Assembly (NCBI GenBank): GCA_051866635.1
Contig: JBJDXJ010000033.1
Coordinates: 1 to 38,446, forward strand
Source of the DNA: Clostridia bacterium
GTDB taxonomy: Bacteria > Bacillota > Clostridia > UMGS1883
Reading direction: 5' to 3'
DNA length: 38,446 nucleotides
A program made the translations under genes and the position numbers. The stretch's first letter is position 1; each line of letters starts with the position of its first letter. Positions 1 to 9,042 of the stretch are shown here, piece after piece. Below the pieces are notes generated by a model, which made no database searches, was not told the origin of the DNA, and saw nothing but the letters and a program-made list of their open reading frames with translations.

Positions 1-435
1 TCTTACCTTGTTTGCACTCTTAGCGATACCGATAGCACCTTCAGCTGCTGCGAAGGATTCGTGACCTGCAAGGAATGCGAAACACTTTGTTTCATCACGA
101 AGGAGCATTGCAGCAAGGTTACCGTGACCAAGACCTACTTTTCTGTCGTCAGCAACAGAGCCCGGAATACAGAAAGCCTGAAGGCCTTCACCGATAGCTT
201 CAGCAGCGTCAGCAGCCTTTGTACAACCCTTCTTAATTGCGATAGCTGTACCTGTGATATATGCCCAACATGCGTTTTCGAAACAGATGGGCTGAATACC
301 CTTAACAAGGTTGTATACATCGATACCCTTGTCCTTACAAATCTGTTCTGCTTCCTCAAGGGAGGAAATACCGTACTTTTCAAGAACAGGTATAATCTGA
401 TTTATTCTTCTTTCATAACTTTCAAATAATGCCAT
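1..435 (-). CDS. GGGtGRT family protein (3' end outside window)
   Basis: Not in the ORF track because it runs off the window edge. Manual translation from ATG 435 (RBS GAAAGGAGG upstream) gives MALFESYERRINQI...IQPICFENACWAY...GLQAFCIPGSVADDRKVGLGHGNLAAMLL...FAFLAGHESFAAAEGAIGIA, characteristic of GGGtGRT proteins. It sits directly downstream of its usual NifU-like partner. Confidence 0.9.
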   Translation of the reverse strand, partial: MALFESYERRINQIIPVLEKYGISSLEEAEQICKDKGIDVYNLVKGIQPICFENACWAYITGTAIAIKKGCTKAADAAEAIGEGLQAFCIPGSVADDRKVGLGHGNLAAMLLRDETKCFAFLAGHESFAAAEGAIGIAKSANKVR

Positions 436-452
436 TTTAATTTCCTCCTTTC

Positions 453-1145
453 TTATTCTACACGCGGATCAATATACTTAGCCGCTTCATTAAATCTGCC
501 GTATGTGCCCTTAGCCTTTGCAAGAGCTTCATTAGCGTCCATACCTTTTCTGATGTTTTCCATCATTTTTCCAAGGTGAACGAATTCATAACCACAAGTA
601 AGACCGTCAGCATCGAGACCGATTCTTGTGATGTAACCTTCAGCAAGTTCAAGATATCTGGGGCCCTTAGCCTTTGTGGAGTAAAGTGTACCAACCTGGC
701 TACGAAGACCCTTACCTAAGTCTTCGAGACCTGCACCGATGGGGAGACCACCTTCGGAGAAAGCTGTCTGTGTTCTGCCGTAAACAATCTGAAGGAAAAG
801 TTCACGCATAGCTGTGTTAATAGCATCACAAACAAGGTCAGTATTCAATGCTTCAAGAATTGTCTTACCGGGAAGAACTTCTGCCGCCATAGCTGCAGAG
901 TGTGTCATACCGGAGCAACCAAGTGTTTCAACAAGTGCTTCCTCGATAACACCGCCCTTAACGTTCAAAGTAAGCTTACATGCGCCCTGCTGAGGTGCAC
1001 ACCAGCCCACACCGTGTGTAAGACCGTAAATGTCTGTAATCTGCTTAGACTCTGTCCAAGCGCCTTCCTGAGGAATAGGTGCAGGGCCATGACTTACGCC
1101 TTTATTTACCACGCACATATTCTCAACTTCATGTGAATAATTCAT
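453..1145 (-). CDS. NifU/IscU N-terminal-like Fe-S scaffold protein (GGGtGRT partner)
   Basis: Motifs GVGWCAPQQGACKLTLNVK, ETLGCSGMTHSAAMA and DLVCDAIN give a Cys arrangement like U-type scaffolds. Likely start is ATG 1145 (MNYSHEV), after RBS GAAAGGAG. Confidence 0.85.
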   Translation of the reverse strand: MNYSHEVENMCVVNKGVSHGPAPIPQEGAWTESKQITDIYGLTHGVGWCAPQQGACKLTLNVKGGVIEEALVETLGCSGMTHSAAMAAEVLPGKTILEALNTDLVCDAINTAMRELFLQIVYGRTQTAFSEGGLPIGAGLEDLGKGLRSQVGTLYSTKAKGPRYLELAEGYITRIGLDADGLTCGYEFVHLGKMMENIRKGMDANEALAKAKGTYGRFNEAAKYIDPRVE

Positions 1146-1177
1146 AGTCTCTTCTCCTTTCAATAATCCATGATATT

Positions 1178-1207
1178 ATTTTATCACAACTTGTCCAAAC
1201 AAATCAA
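1178..1207 (-). promoter_or_regulatory. Putative sigma-A promoter for the NifU-like/GGGtGRT operon
   Basis: Minus strand TTGATT-N18-TAAAAT, with an extended -10 (TGaTAAAAT). Confidence 0.5.
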
Positions 1208-1236
1208 GTAGTATTTAGAAAAAAAGCGTTCTCAAG

Positions 1237-1911
1237 TTAAATATTTGGTATTTTCCAATCAATGGGAGTCTTTATAAGCCTTTCAAGTATATCATTTGCC
1301 TCCTTAAAGTGACCGCACCCCATAAAACCACGGGAGGCTGACAAAGGACTTGGATGTGCCGCCTCTAAAACAAAATGACGCTTTGTATTTATAAGCTCTC
1401 GCTTCTTTCGTGCGTAATTACCCCACAGAAGAAAAATAACAGGGTCCTCACGGCTGTTTAAAGCACTTATAATGCTGTCGGTGAATATTTCCCACCCCTT
1501 ATTGGCATGAGAGCCTGCAAGGCCTTCACGGACGGTTAAAACGGCATTTAAAAGAAGAACACCCTGCTGTGCCCAAGGCATAAGGTAACCGTTGTTTGGG
1601 ATTTCATAACCGTATTCATCCCTGATTTCCTTATACATATTTAGTAGTGAGGGAGGAATTGATACCCCCGGTTTTACAGAAAAGCACATGCCGTGTGCCT
1701 GATTAGGTTCATGATAAGGGTCCTGCCCCAATATAACAACCTTTGTATCCGAAAATGAAGTAACCTTCAGTGCAGAAAAAAGCTCGTACATATCAGGATG
1801 CACTGTGTAATTGGCATATTCAGCCTTTAAAAAGGCACGAAGCTTAAGGTAATATTCTTTTTCAAATTCTTTCCCTATTACGTTATCCCAGTCATTTCCC
1901 AGTTTAACCAT
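1237..1911 (-). CDS. ung: Uracil-DNA glycosylase (family 1)
   Basis: Canonical motifs GQDPYH, VLLLN, LWG and HPSPLS. Confidence 0.97.
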   Translation of the reverse strand: MVKLGNDWDNVIGKEFEKEYYLKLRAFLKAEYANYTVHPDMYELFSALKVTSFSDTKVVILGQDPYHEPNQAHGMCFSVKPGVSIPPSLLNMYKEIRDEYGYEIPNNGYLMPWAQQGVLLLNAVLTVREGLAGSHANKGWEIFTDSIISALNSREDPVIFLLWGNYARKKRELINTKRHFVLEAAHPSPLSASRGFMGCGHFKEANDILERLIKTPIDWKIPNI

Positions 1912-1913
1912 TT

Positions 1914-2387
1914 TTACAGCTCCTTTTTCATTTTTGCACTGACAAATTTCAAGTTATTTTTTATGCTTACTATCTCCCCTGCTTTTTCAAAGCCATGCTT
2001 TAAATAGAAAGCTTCTGCACTTTTGCTTGACTCCAATACCAAACGGAAAATTTTACGCTTTTTAGCCCATAATTCAGTATTTTCCAAAAGTGCCGATGCA
2101 ACGCCGCAATTCACATATTCAGGATGTGTATAAAGCCTGTTTACATAACCGTCAGGCTCTGTACTCATAAACCCAATAATCTTTTTATCACTATTTACGG
2201 CAACGATGGCATAACAGCGTACAAGGGAGCGTTTAAAGGCAGGCATATACATACTTTTTGGCACCCAGGCGTCAAGCTCTTCGGGAGAATAATCATTTTT
2301 ACACAAAGCATGCACGCTGTCATATATAAGCTTTGCAACAGTATTAAATTCAGTTATCCGCATACTGCGTATTGTAAAATCACCCAT
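1914..2387 (-). CDS. GNAT family N-acetyltransferase (YafP-like)
   Basis: Motif [18 protein letters not shown] and motif [11 protein letters not shown]. Likely start is ATG 2387, after RBS GGGAGAG. Confidence 0.85.
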   Translation of the reverse strand: MGDFTIRSMRITEFNTVAKLIYDSVHALCKNDYSPEELDAWVPKSMYMPAFKRSLVRCYAIVAVNSDKKIIGFMSTEPDGYVNRLYTHPEYVNCGVASALLENTELWAKKRKIFRLVLESSKSAEAFYLKHGFEKAGEIVSIKNNLKFVSAKMKKEL

Positions 2388-2409
2388 GTAAAAATCTCTC
2401 CCTATGAGT

Positions 2410-2445
2410 ATAAATTGAGCCATACCCCAAGCAGGGTATGGCTCA
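2410..2445 (-). terminator. Hairpin downstream of rpsU (probable intrinsic terminator)
   Basis: Perfect 12-bp stem TGAGCCATACCC/GGGTATGGCTCA (2416-2427/2434-2445). Only a weak U-rich tail on the minus strand. Confidence 0.65.
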
Positions 2446-2473
2446 TCGTTGTTTGCAGGGAAAATAAATCTAA

Positions 2474-2650
2474 TTACTTAAACTTTCTTTTTCTTGCTGC
2501 TTCGGATTTCTTCTTACGCTTTACGCTGGGCTTTTCATAGTGTTCTCTCTTTCTAACCTCGGACAAAACACCGGCTTTCGCACAGGAGCGCTTAAATCTC
2601 CTAAGAGCGCTATCTAAAGATTCATTATCCTTAACTCTTATTTCAGACAT
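2474..2650 (-). CDS. rpsU: 30S ribosomal protein S21
   Basis: [59 protein letters not shown] 2650 follows RBS GGGGAGG. Confidence 0.98.
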   Translation of the reverse strand: MSEIRVKDNESLDSALRRFKRSCAKAGVLSEVRKREHYEKPSVKRKKKSEAARKRKFK

Positions 2651-2721
2651 TCTCGTACCTCCCCTCGCGACTCTACCCTTAAAGTACATCAGAGGTTCGA
2701 ACCGCATATAGTGACAAATAA

Positions 2722-2750
2722 ATTATACTTTTAACATATCAATATGTCAA
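2722..2750 (-). promoter_or_regulatory. Consensus sigma-A promoter of rpsU
   Basis: Minus strand TTGACA (2750-2745)-N17-TATAAT (2727-2722). Confidence 0.85.
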
Positions 2751-2794
2751 GAGTAAATTTCATCAAATTGAAACTTTTTTGCATATTTTTTAAA

Positions 2795-3139
2795 TCAACC
2801 GGGAGGCCATGCAAGAGAACGTCCACCTAAAAGATGAAAGTGCAAATGCTTTACAGTCTGACCGCCATCTTCACCACAATTGTTGACAATTCTATAGCCG
2901 TTTTCTGCTATATTCTTTTCTTTAGCAATCTTTTTTGCCGCAATAAAAATTTTTGAAACAATGTCGGAATTTTCATCTGTCAAGTCATTGGCAGATGAAA
3001 TATGTTCCTTTGGCACAATAAGCACATGAACAGGTGCCTCGGGAGAAATATCATTAAAGGCATAAACATTGTCATCCTCATAAACCTTTGACGAGGGTAT
3101 TTCCCCGGAAATAATTTTACAGAACAAGCAGTCACACAT
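2795..3139 (-). CDS. hinT: Histidine triad (HIT) nucleotide-binding protein
   Basis: CLFCKII at the N-terminus, HLHFHLLGG triad and C-terminal WPPG. Confidence 0.95.
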   Translation of the reverse strand: MCDCLFCKIISGEIPSSKVYEDDNVYAFNDISPEAPVHVLIVPKEHISSANDLTDENSDIVSKIFIAAKKIAKEKNIAENGYRIVNNCGEDGGQTVKHLHFHLLGGRSLAWPPG

Positions 3140-5787
3140 TATTTGTTGCCCCCTGTCTGTGCAATTACAATATCGTCTACCATAGCAAGAGCATCGTCAA
3201 CCTTTGTTACAAGCTTGCCGCCGCCCTGAGCCATATCGGGCTTACCGCCGCCACGGCCGTCAGTAACCTTTGTGATTTCCTTGATGATATTACCGGCATG
3301 AACGCCCATGCTTACAGCCTTCTTTGTGGCTGCGGCAACAAAAGTAATCTTGTCACCATCAACAGAAGCCAATACAGCAACTCCACATTCGCACTTTTCC
3401 TTCATCTTGTCTGTAAGCATCTTTAATTCATCAGCACTCACGCCTGAAAGCTGTGCAGTAAGAATATCTATATCTCCAACATGCTTGATTGCTGTCAAAA
3501 GGTCGTTTGCAGTTGCAGAAGCAATCTTTGCCTTTACTTCTTCAAGTTCTTTTACAAGAGTTCTGTATTCGGCTGTAAGCGTTTCCGCCTTGTTTACTAT
3601 TTCTGCTGCGTTTGTTTTAAGGACATTTGCTGTATCGGCTATAATAGAGTCTTTTTCGGCAATATATGCCAATACACCCTTACCTGTTGTAGCTTCAATT
3701 CTTCTTACGCCTGCGGCAACACCGCCTTCAGAAAGAATTTTGAAGAGTCCCGCCTGGGAAGTGTTCTTAAGATGTGTACCGCCACAGAATTCAACAGAAT
3801 ATCCGCCCATGTTTACAACACGGACAGTTTCACCGTATTTTTCACCAAAGAGAGCCATTGCACCAAGCTTTTTAGCTTCGTCTATAGCCATTACCTTTAC
3901 ATCAATGTCGTAAGATGCCATAATAGCCTCGTTAACCTTATCTTCAACCTTCTTAAGGTCTTCCGTTGAAATACTTTCGTAATGAGTAAAGTCAAAACGA
4001 AGTCTTGTATCATCAACATAGCTACCTGCCTGTTCAATATGGCTGCCTAAAACTTCCTGAAGAGCCTTCTGCAAAAGATGTGTTGCAGAATGGTTTCTTG
4101 CAGTGTTCATACGCTTTTCTTTATCGTAAGTACTTACAACGCTGTCGCCAAGGCGTACACTGCCTTCTTCAACGTATACAAAATTGAGAATTTTGCCGTC
4201 ACCAAGCTTCTTAGCGTCCTCCACAACCATTTTCACGCCGTCAGCTGTAATTACACCTCTATCGCCCTTCTGACCGCCGCTTTCACCGTAAATAGCTGTC
4301 TTGTCAAGTATAACAATACCGTTTTCGCCGTCTGAAAGGGATGAGGCAATCATATTGTCCTTAACAATTGCAATTATCTTACCTTCTACAGATTCGTTAT
4401 CATAGCCGAGGAATTCAGAAGATACTTCTTTGCCTATCTGCATATAAACATCTTCGCTCCAAGCGGCTTCATCACCTACATTTCTGCCTTCACGTGAACG
4501 GTTCTTCTGTTCATTCATGCACGCTGTAAAAGCATCCATGTCAACGTCAAGACCCTTTTCTGTAAGGATTTCAGCTGTCAAATCAATGGGGAAACCGTAT
4601 GTATCATACAAACGGAATGCATCTTCACCTGAAAGGAGCTTTTCATTCTTTGCTTCAAGCTGAGCAATATATTCCTCCAAAATAGACAAACCGCTGTCAA
4701 TTGTTTCAGAGAAACGAGCTTCTTCAATCTGTATAACCTTTTTGATATAGTCACGCTTTGTTTCAAGCTGAGGATAAGCGTCTTTTGATTCGTTAATAAC
4801 AGTATCGGCAATCTTGTAAAGGAAATTGCCTTCAATACCAAGAAGTCTACCGTGACGTGCCGCACGGCGGAGAAGTCGTCTGAGAACATATCCTCTGCCT
4901 TCGTTGGAAGGACCAACGCCGTCACAAACAAGGAAAGTTGTACTTCTTATATGGTCTGTGATAACCCGAAGAGAAACGTCGCTCTTTTCGTCTTCGCCGT
5001 AATTAACACCTGCAATACGGGAAATTTCAAGCATGATGTTGCGAACAGTATCAACCTCAAAAAGGTTCTGCACGCCCTGCATAATTGCGGCGATACGCTC
5101 TAATCCCATACCTGTATCAATGTTGGGCTTTGCCAAACGGTTGTAGTTACCGTTTTCATCCTTGTCAAACTGTGTGAAAACAAGGTTCCAGAATTCAACA
5201 AATCTGTCACAGTCACAACCAACTGCACAGTCGGGTTTACCGCAACCGGCATTTTCGCCACGGTCAAAGTAAATTTCACTACAGGGACCGCAAGGACCTG
5301 TACCGATTTCCCAGAAATTATCTTCCTTACCCATCTTTTTAATTCTGCTACGGTCAACGCCGACTTCATTTACCCAGATGTCGATAGCTTCATCGTCATC
5401 TTCGTAAACTGTAACCCAAAGCTTATCTTTGGGAAGCTTTAAATCTTCTGTGATAAATTCCCACGCCCAACGAGTCGCTTCGTGCTTGAAATAGTCGCCG
5501 AAGGAGAAATTACCAAGCATCTCGAAGAATGTGCCGTGTCTTGCAGTTTTACCTACACGTTCAATATCAGGTGTACGGATACACTTCTGACATGTTGTAA
5601 CACGGTTTCTTGGTGGGATTTCCTTGCCTAAAAAGTAGGGCTTCAAAGGTGCCATACCTGCATTTATAAGCAATAAACTGTCATCATTCTGAGGAATAAG
5701 GGGAAATGAAGGCAGTCTGAGATGACCCTTAGACTCAAAAAAGCTAAGGTACCTCTCTCTTATTTCATTTAATCCGAGTTTTTCCAT
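3139..5787 (-). CDS. alaS: Alanine--tRNA ligase
   Basis: RHGTFFEMLGNFSFGDYFK, IDTGMGLER, editing domain HSATHLL / CGGTH, and C-terminal GGGKPDMAQGGG. Confidence 0.99.
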   Translation of the reverse strand: MEKLGLNEIRERYLSFFESKGHLRLPSFPLIPQNDDSLLLINAGMAPLKPYFLGKEIPPRNRVTTCQKCIRTPDIERVGKTARHGTFFEMLGNFSFGDYFKHEATRWAWEFITEDLKLPKDKLWVTVYEDDDEAIDIWVNEVGVDRSRIKKMGKEDNFWEIGTGPCGPCSEIYFDRGENAGCGKPDCAVGCDCDRFVEFWNLVFTQFDKDENGNYNRLAKPNIDTGMGLERIAAIMQGVQNLFEVDTVRNIMLEISRIAGVNYGEDEKSDVSLRVITDHIRSTTFLVCDGVGPSNEGRGYVLRRLLRRAARHGRLLGIEGNFLYKIADTVINESKDAYPQLETKRDYIKKVIQIEEARFSETIDSGLSILEEYIAQLEAKNEKLLSGEDAFRLYDTYGFPIDLTAEILTEKGLDVDMDAFTACMNEQKNRSREGRNVGDEAAWSEDVYMQIGKEVSSEFLGYDNESVEGKIIAIVKDNMIASSLSDGENGIVILDKTAIYGESGGQKGDRGVITADGVKMVVEDAKKLGDGKILNFVYVEEGSVRLGDSVVSTYDKEKRMNTARNHSATHLLQKALQEVLGSHIEQAGSYVDDTRLRFDFTHYESISTEDLKKVEDKVNEAIMASYDIDVKVMAIDEAKKLGAMALFGEKYGETVRVVNMGGYSVEFCGGTHLKNTSQAGLFKILSEGGVAAGVRRIEATTGKGVLAYIAEKDSIIADTANVLKTNAAEIVNKAETLTAEYRTLVKELEEVKAKIASATANDLLTAIKHVGDIDILTAQLSGVSADELKMLTDKMKEKCECGVAVLASVDGDKITFVAAATKKAVSMGVHAGNIIKEITKVTDGRGGGKPDMAQGGGKLVTKVDDALAMVDDIVIAQTGGNK

Positions 5788-5837
5788 ATTTAGTCACTCC
5801 TTTGTAATCAATACATTATACCTAAAACCCGACTTTG

Positions 5838-6098
5838 TCAGGCAGTATGTGTTTCGTTATAGGCACACCTTACAGCATTTGCAAGCTGGTCCGAACAACT
5901 TGTTGGCTTCATGCCACAGGTAATCCCTTTGAAGTAACCTTCAATCTGCGAAACAGTCATTCCGTCAACAACTCGACTCAACGCTTTAAGATTGCCGTTG
6001 CATCCGCCCAAAAAGCTTACATTTGTAATCACATCGCCATCAATATCGAAACTAATCTGAACGGCACAAGTACCTTTTGTTCTATAAGTGTAATTCAT
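5838..6098 (-). CDS. TSCPD domain protein (TIGR03905-like)
   Basis: GTCAVQI, FLGGCNGNL and GITCGMKPTSCSDQLA. Confidence 0.9.
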   Translation of the reverse strand: MNYTYRTKGTCAVQISFDIDGDVITNVSFLGGCNGNLKALSRVVDGMTVSQIEGYFKGITCGMKPTSCSDQLANAVRCAYNETHTA

Positions 6099-6139
6099 CT
6101 ATTCATCTCCTTTGGAAAAAGTCAAGACATAACAGATTA

Positions 6140-6168
6140 ATTATACACCAAGTTTCGCCGTTAATCAA
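6140..6168 (-). promoter_or_regulatory. Putative sigma-A promoter upstream of the TSCPD gene (and possibly alaS)
   Basis: Minus strand TTGATT-N17-TATAAT. Confidence 0.7.
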
Positions 6169-6175
6169 GGTTTTT

Positions 6176-7108
6176 CTATATAATTGATTGAAGAAATCTT
6201 TGAAAAAATTTTTTAATGATACAAGAGACGGGAACTGACAGTAAAATTCCCCAAAAACCACCGAATGCACCTACATAAAGCACAAGGACAACAGCCGCCG
6301 GATGAAGTTTTAAGGTGTTTTTTGAAATTTTAGGTGTGATTATGTTATTTTCAATCTGCTGAATTATCAAAAGACCTATTAATACCTTTATAATATTTTT
6401 CGGTACACTTATGACTGTGACAACAAGGATTATACCTATTCCTATAAACGCTCCTGCATAAGGTATAATGTCCAATAGTCCTGCAATTGCACCAAGTCCT
6501 AATGCATATGGTACGCCCATGGTATAGAGAAATAAGCTGTCCATAACGCACAATATAACAGCAACTAAAATCTGGCCTTTGAAAAATGAATCCAAAATCA
6601 TTTTCACATCGTCCCAAAGCACCTTAAAGGAAGGCTTCAATTTATCCGGTATAAATTCCAAAAAGGATAGTTTTATGCTTTCAACATCGTTTAAAATGTA
6701 AAAAGCAGCCACTGCACCTACTAAGAATACAGTGACGGATTTTATTATATTAACCGTTGTTGAATATACAATGCCAAGATTTGAAAATAAGTCTATATTA
6801 ACGTAATTTAAAAATCCCGAAAGTATTTTTCCGATGCTTTCAACAGCAGAGTAAACCTTAGGAAAGGCAAAAATAATAATAGAAGCGACAAGTAAAATGA
6901 TTAAAGCACTTACAACAACAGTTGCAATTTTAGAGTTTAACCCCTTGTTTTTTAAAAAGCTGATAATGGGATTTAATAAATAAACTAAAATAAGTGCTGT
7001 TATAAAAGGGGAAAAAACCACATTCAAAGAACTGAAAATTCCAACAATAAAAATAATAAAGCAAGTAAAAAATATAAGTGTTGAAATAAATAGATTTCTA
7101 TCCTTCAA
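6176..7108 (-). CDS. AI-2E family transporter (YrrI-like)
   Basis: Polytopic hydrophobic protein with IPYAGAFIG, QQIENNIITPKI, LHP and GILLSVP motifs. TTG start. Confidence 0.9.
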   Translation of the reverse strand: MKDRNLFISTLIFFTCFIIFIVGIFSSLNVVFSPFITALILVYLLNPIISFLKNKGLNSKIATVVVSALIILLVASIIIFAFPKVYSAVESIGKILSGFLNYVNIDLFSNLGIVYSTTVNIIKSVTVFLVGAVAAFYILNDVESIKLSFLEFIPDKLKPSFKVLWDDVKMILDSFFKGQILVAVILCVMDSLFLYTMGVPYALGLGAIAGLLDIIPYAGAFIGIGIILVVTVISVPKNIIKVLIGLLIIQQIENNIITPKISKNTLKLHPAAVVLVLYVGAFGGFWGILLSVPVSCIIKKFFQRFLQSII

Positions 7109-7130
7109 TTCTCCAATCCCCTTTTTATGT

Positions 7131-7148
7131 AAGGGGCAATTGCCCCTT
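7131..7148. terminator. Perfect palindrome between the YtxH-like gene and the AI-2E gene
   Basis: AAGGGGCAATTGCCCCTT, directly after the stop codon of the 59-aa ORF. Confidence 0.45.
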
Positions 7149-7150
7149 TA

Positions 7151-7330
7151 CTAATGTCTCATTTCAGCTACAGAATCAACAATATTCCCTACAGAGTGTA
7201 TAATTGTTCCTGCACCTTTTTTGAGCTTTTTGGAATCCTTGTCTTTCATTGGGTCCATCAGGGCACCCACAACTGAGCCAATGACAGCACCTGTAAAAAG
7301 TCCTGTTGTAAAGCCTTTAGAACAAAACAT
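7151..7330 (-). CDS. Small YtxH-like membrane protein (59 aa)
   Basis: Too short for the ORF track. MFCSKGFTTGLFTGAVIGSVVGALMDPMKDKDSKKLKKGAGTIIHSVGNIVDSVAEMRH. RBS GAGGTG. A Gly-rich hydrophobic helix is followed by a charged segment. Confidence 0.75.
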   Translation of the reverse strand: MFCSKGFTTGLFTGAVIGSVVGALMDPMKDKDSKKLKKGAGTIIHSVGNIVDSVAEMRH

Positions 7331-7342
7331 TCCGTCACCTCG

Positions 7343-7855
7343 CTAAAAGAGAATTTTCTTGCGTTCAACGCTGTCTGTCAGCTTTTCTTCGAGAATAATT
7401 TTCCCGTCAGAAAAACTTATTGTATCTCGGGTTCGGCATATCTTTCGTCCTTTCAAAAGGTCCTCTGCTATGGAAGAACCTATTTCAAATTCGGTCATAA
7501 TACCTGTTTCGAGGTCAAAATTCATATTCTGAATTTTGCCTACATTGCGACCGTCTGTTAAAACAGCCTTCCTTTTATAAATATCATTTTCACAGCTTTG
7601 GTAATCCTCAATTGGGATTACCTTAACAAATTTTTCTCCGAATCCTTTAACGTATATACTGGTTTCATCAGAAGAAATTATATCTTCTCTATTAAACAGT
7701 CTATTTTTGTACACAAAGGAGTCGTTTGTTGAAATGATACCTAAAATTTCGTTTGTTCCTTTGTTGACGAGTATGTCCGAAAGCCTTCCATAACATTTAC
7801 CTATTTTTTCGTCGCAAACTTTCTTCCCTTTCAGTCTGCAAAAGCTTTCGTCCAT
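7343..7855 (-). CDS. Tandem PRC-barrel domain protein (YrrD-like, sporulation-associated)
   Basis: Two PRC-like repeats (LKGKKV...GRLSDILVN and AVLTDGRNVGKIQNMNFDLETG). The PRC barrel - AI-2E - alaS order matches B. subtilis yrrD...yrrI-alaS. Confidence 0.75.
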   Translation of the reverse strand: MDESFCRLKGKKVCDEKIGKCYGRLSDILVNKGTNEILGIISTNDSFVYKNRLFNREDIISSDETSIYVKGFGEKFVKVIPIEDYQSCENDIYKRKAVLTDGRNVGKIQNMNFDLETGIMTEFEIGSSIAEDLLKGRKICRTRDTISFSDGKIILEEKLTDSVERKKILF

Positions 7856-7877
7856 TTCCTTGCCCCCAATACAATAT

Positions 7878-7907
7878 TAAGTATGCACAAAAGATAAGGT
7901 AAAATAC
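7878..7907 (-). promoter_or_regulatory. Putative sporulation sigma (SigG/SigE-like) promoter of the PRC-barrel gene
   Basis: Minus strand GTATT-N17-CATACTTA, resembling the SigG consensus GnATA-N17/18-CATAcTA. Confidence 0.4.
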
Positions 7908-7992
7908 CTGAAAAAATACGCTGAAAAAGTCAAAATTTTCAAAAAACTCACACAAAAAATCGCGGAATTTAAGCGGGTATTTGTAAAATAGT

Positions 7993-8140
7993 TAACCCTC
8001 CCGATGTTTATTCCTTGGGAGGGTTTCGTTTTTTTAGTTCGACTTGAGTTTGTGGTGGCTCCCTTGACGGGACAGGCTTTTGGTACGGAGGAAAACATAC
8101 CCACTTCAATACACCAAAGTTTGCCCATGAAAGGAGATGA
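7993..8140 (+). other. Structured non-coding segment (terminator-like hairpin, long stem, orphan RBS)
   Basis: AACCCTCCC...GGGAGGGTT followed by TCGTTTTTTT. Long imperfect stem GGGACAGGCTTTTGGT...ACCAAAGTTTGCCC, then AAAGGAGA with no real ORF behind it. Confidence 0.35.
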
Positions 8141-8161
8141 AATAAAATTTGAAAAGTTATT

Positions 8162-8962
8162 TTACTGCGTTAATTCATACATAACCTTTGCGTTGTTTTC
8201 CCTGATTAAATCACGAGATAAAACATTACCGGTTTTTTTATCAATGATCTCACGGTACACCTTGCCAACCCTGTAAAATCCGTCGTCTCGTTTGACAAAC
8301 GCTTCATTTTCAACACCGATATGATATGATACATCAAGCGGCTTTTCGGCTCGAATTTCACCAATCAGGTATTTATCATCAGTATGAACGATAATCTGAA
8401 AATTCATATCCGTATTATTCTTAAAGCGATAATCGAGATAGTTATACATTATCGATGTGCCTGTACCAAAAGGAATTTGCCTGCCGTAATCGGGAAACAA
8501 GTCCATTCCATCGTGGTGATGATGTTCAACGATTTCAAGAGGGGTGTGAAGCACAAGCCAATGTATAAGATTGGTAAATTGACACATGCCGCCACCTACG
8601 CCTGCACTTGTCGTACCCTTTGATATCATAAGTCCTGTTTTATACCCTTTTCTCGCAGTACAACTGCCTACAAGTTTCCAAAATGAAAAGGTTTCTCCCG
8701 GTTTAATAATAACTCCATTTACCTTTGGTGCTGAAAGTGACAAATTTACAGCCTTATTTTCCTGTAATTGCAAGTCCACATTTCCAAGCTTTCTTCTGAT
8801 CAGTGATTTTTGACTGTAAATAACAATCGGTAAATAATCGCTGCTTTTTTCTTTTGAAAAAGACTCTTTACTTATTATATTTTCGATGTGCCTTTTCAAT
8901 CTGCATTTAAAAACTGAAATTTTATATGTAAGTGGCGAGATTTCGCAAAATAACTTCCTCAT
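8162..8962 (-). CDS. VanW family protein
   Basis: IIKPGETFSFW, GGGMCQFTNLIHW, ERHHH-like EHHHH and YLDYRFKNNT (VanW domain, PF04294-like). Confidence 0.9.
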   Translation of the reverse strand: MRKLFCEISPLTYKISVFKCRLKRHIENIISKESFSKEKSSDYLPIVIYSQKSLIRRKLGNVDLQLQENKAVNLSLSAPKVNGVIIKPGETFSFWKLVGSCTARKGYKTGLMISKGTTSAGVGGGMCQFTNLIHWLVLHTPLEIVEHHHHDGMDLFPDYGRQIPFGTGTSIMYNYLDYRFKNNTDMNFQIIVHTDDKYLIGEIRAEKPLDVSYHIGVENEAFVKRDDGFYRVGKVYREIIDKKTGNVLSRDLIRENNAKVMYELTQ

Positions 8963-8984
8963 TCATTTTCCTCCCGTATAAGTC

Positions 8985-9017
8985 AAAAACAGGGATAGCA
9001 GACCTGCTAACCCTGTT
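8985..9017 (-). terminator. Intrinsic terminator after araD
   Basis: Minus strand AACAGGGTTAGCAGGTCTGCTATCCCTG followed by TTTTT. Confidence 0.7.
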
Positions 9018-9042
9018 AACTGTTCATCCTTGATTTTTTGTT

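Noticed and set aside
2651-2707. N-terminal extension of rpsU in the ORF track (likewise for the GNAT, asp23, spoIIIAA, pyruvyltransferase, TupA and acetyltransferase ORFs)
   Set aside because: Downstream ATGs with strong Shine-Dalgarno sequences match the family N-termini better.
5788-5837. T-box riboswitch upstream of alaS (also checked upstream of ilvA)
   Set aside because: The intergenic spaces are far too short and no TGGNACC T-box motif was seen.
7990-8140. 6S RNA, raiA motif or c-di-GMP riboswitch
   Set aside because: By eye it lacks the diagnostic consensus elements of these RNAs. It is kept only as an unassigned structured element.
7877-8276. ORFs 7877..8128 (-) and 8004..8276 (+)
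   Set aside because: They have no credible RBS or family motifs, and they run through hairpin sequence or antisense to vanW.
8162-8962. Vancomycin resistance cluster
   Set aside because: This is a lone VanW-domain gene. No vanH/A/B/X/Y or vanRS genes are nearby, and VanW homologues are widespread.
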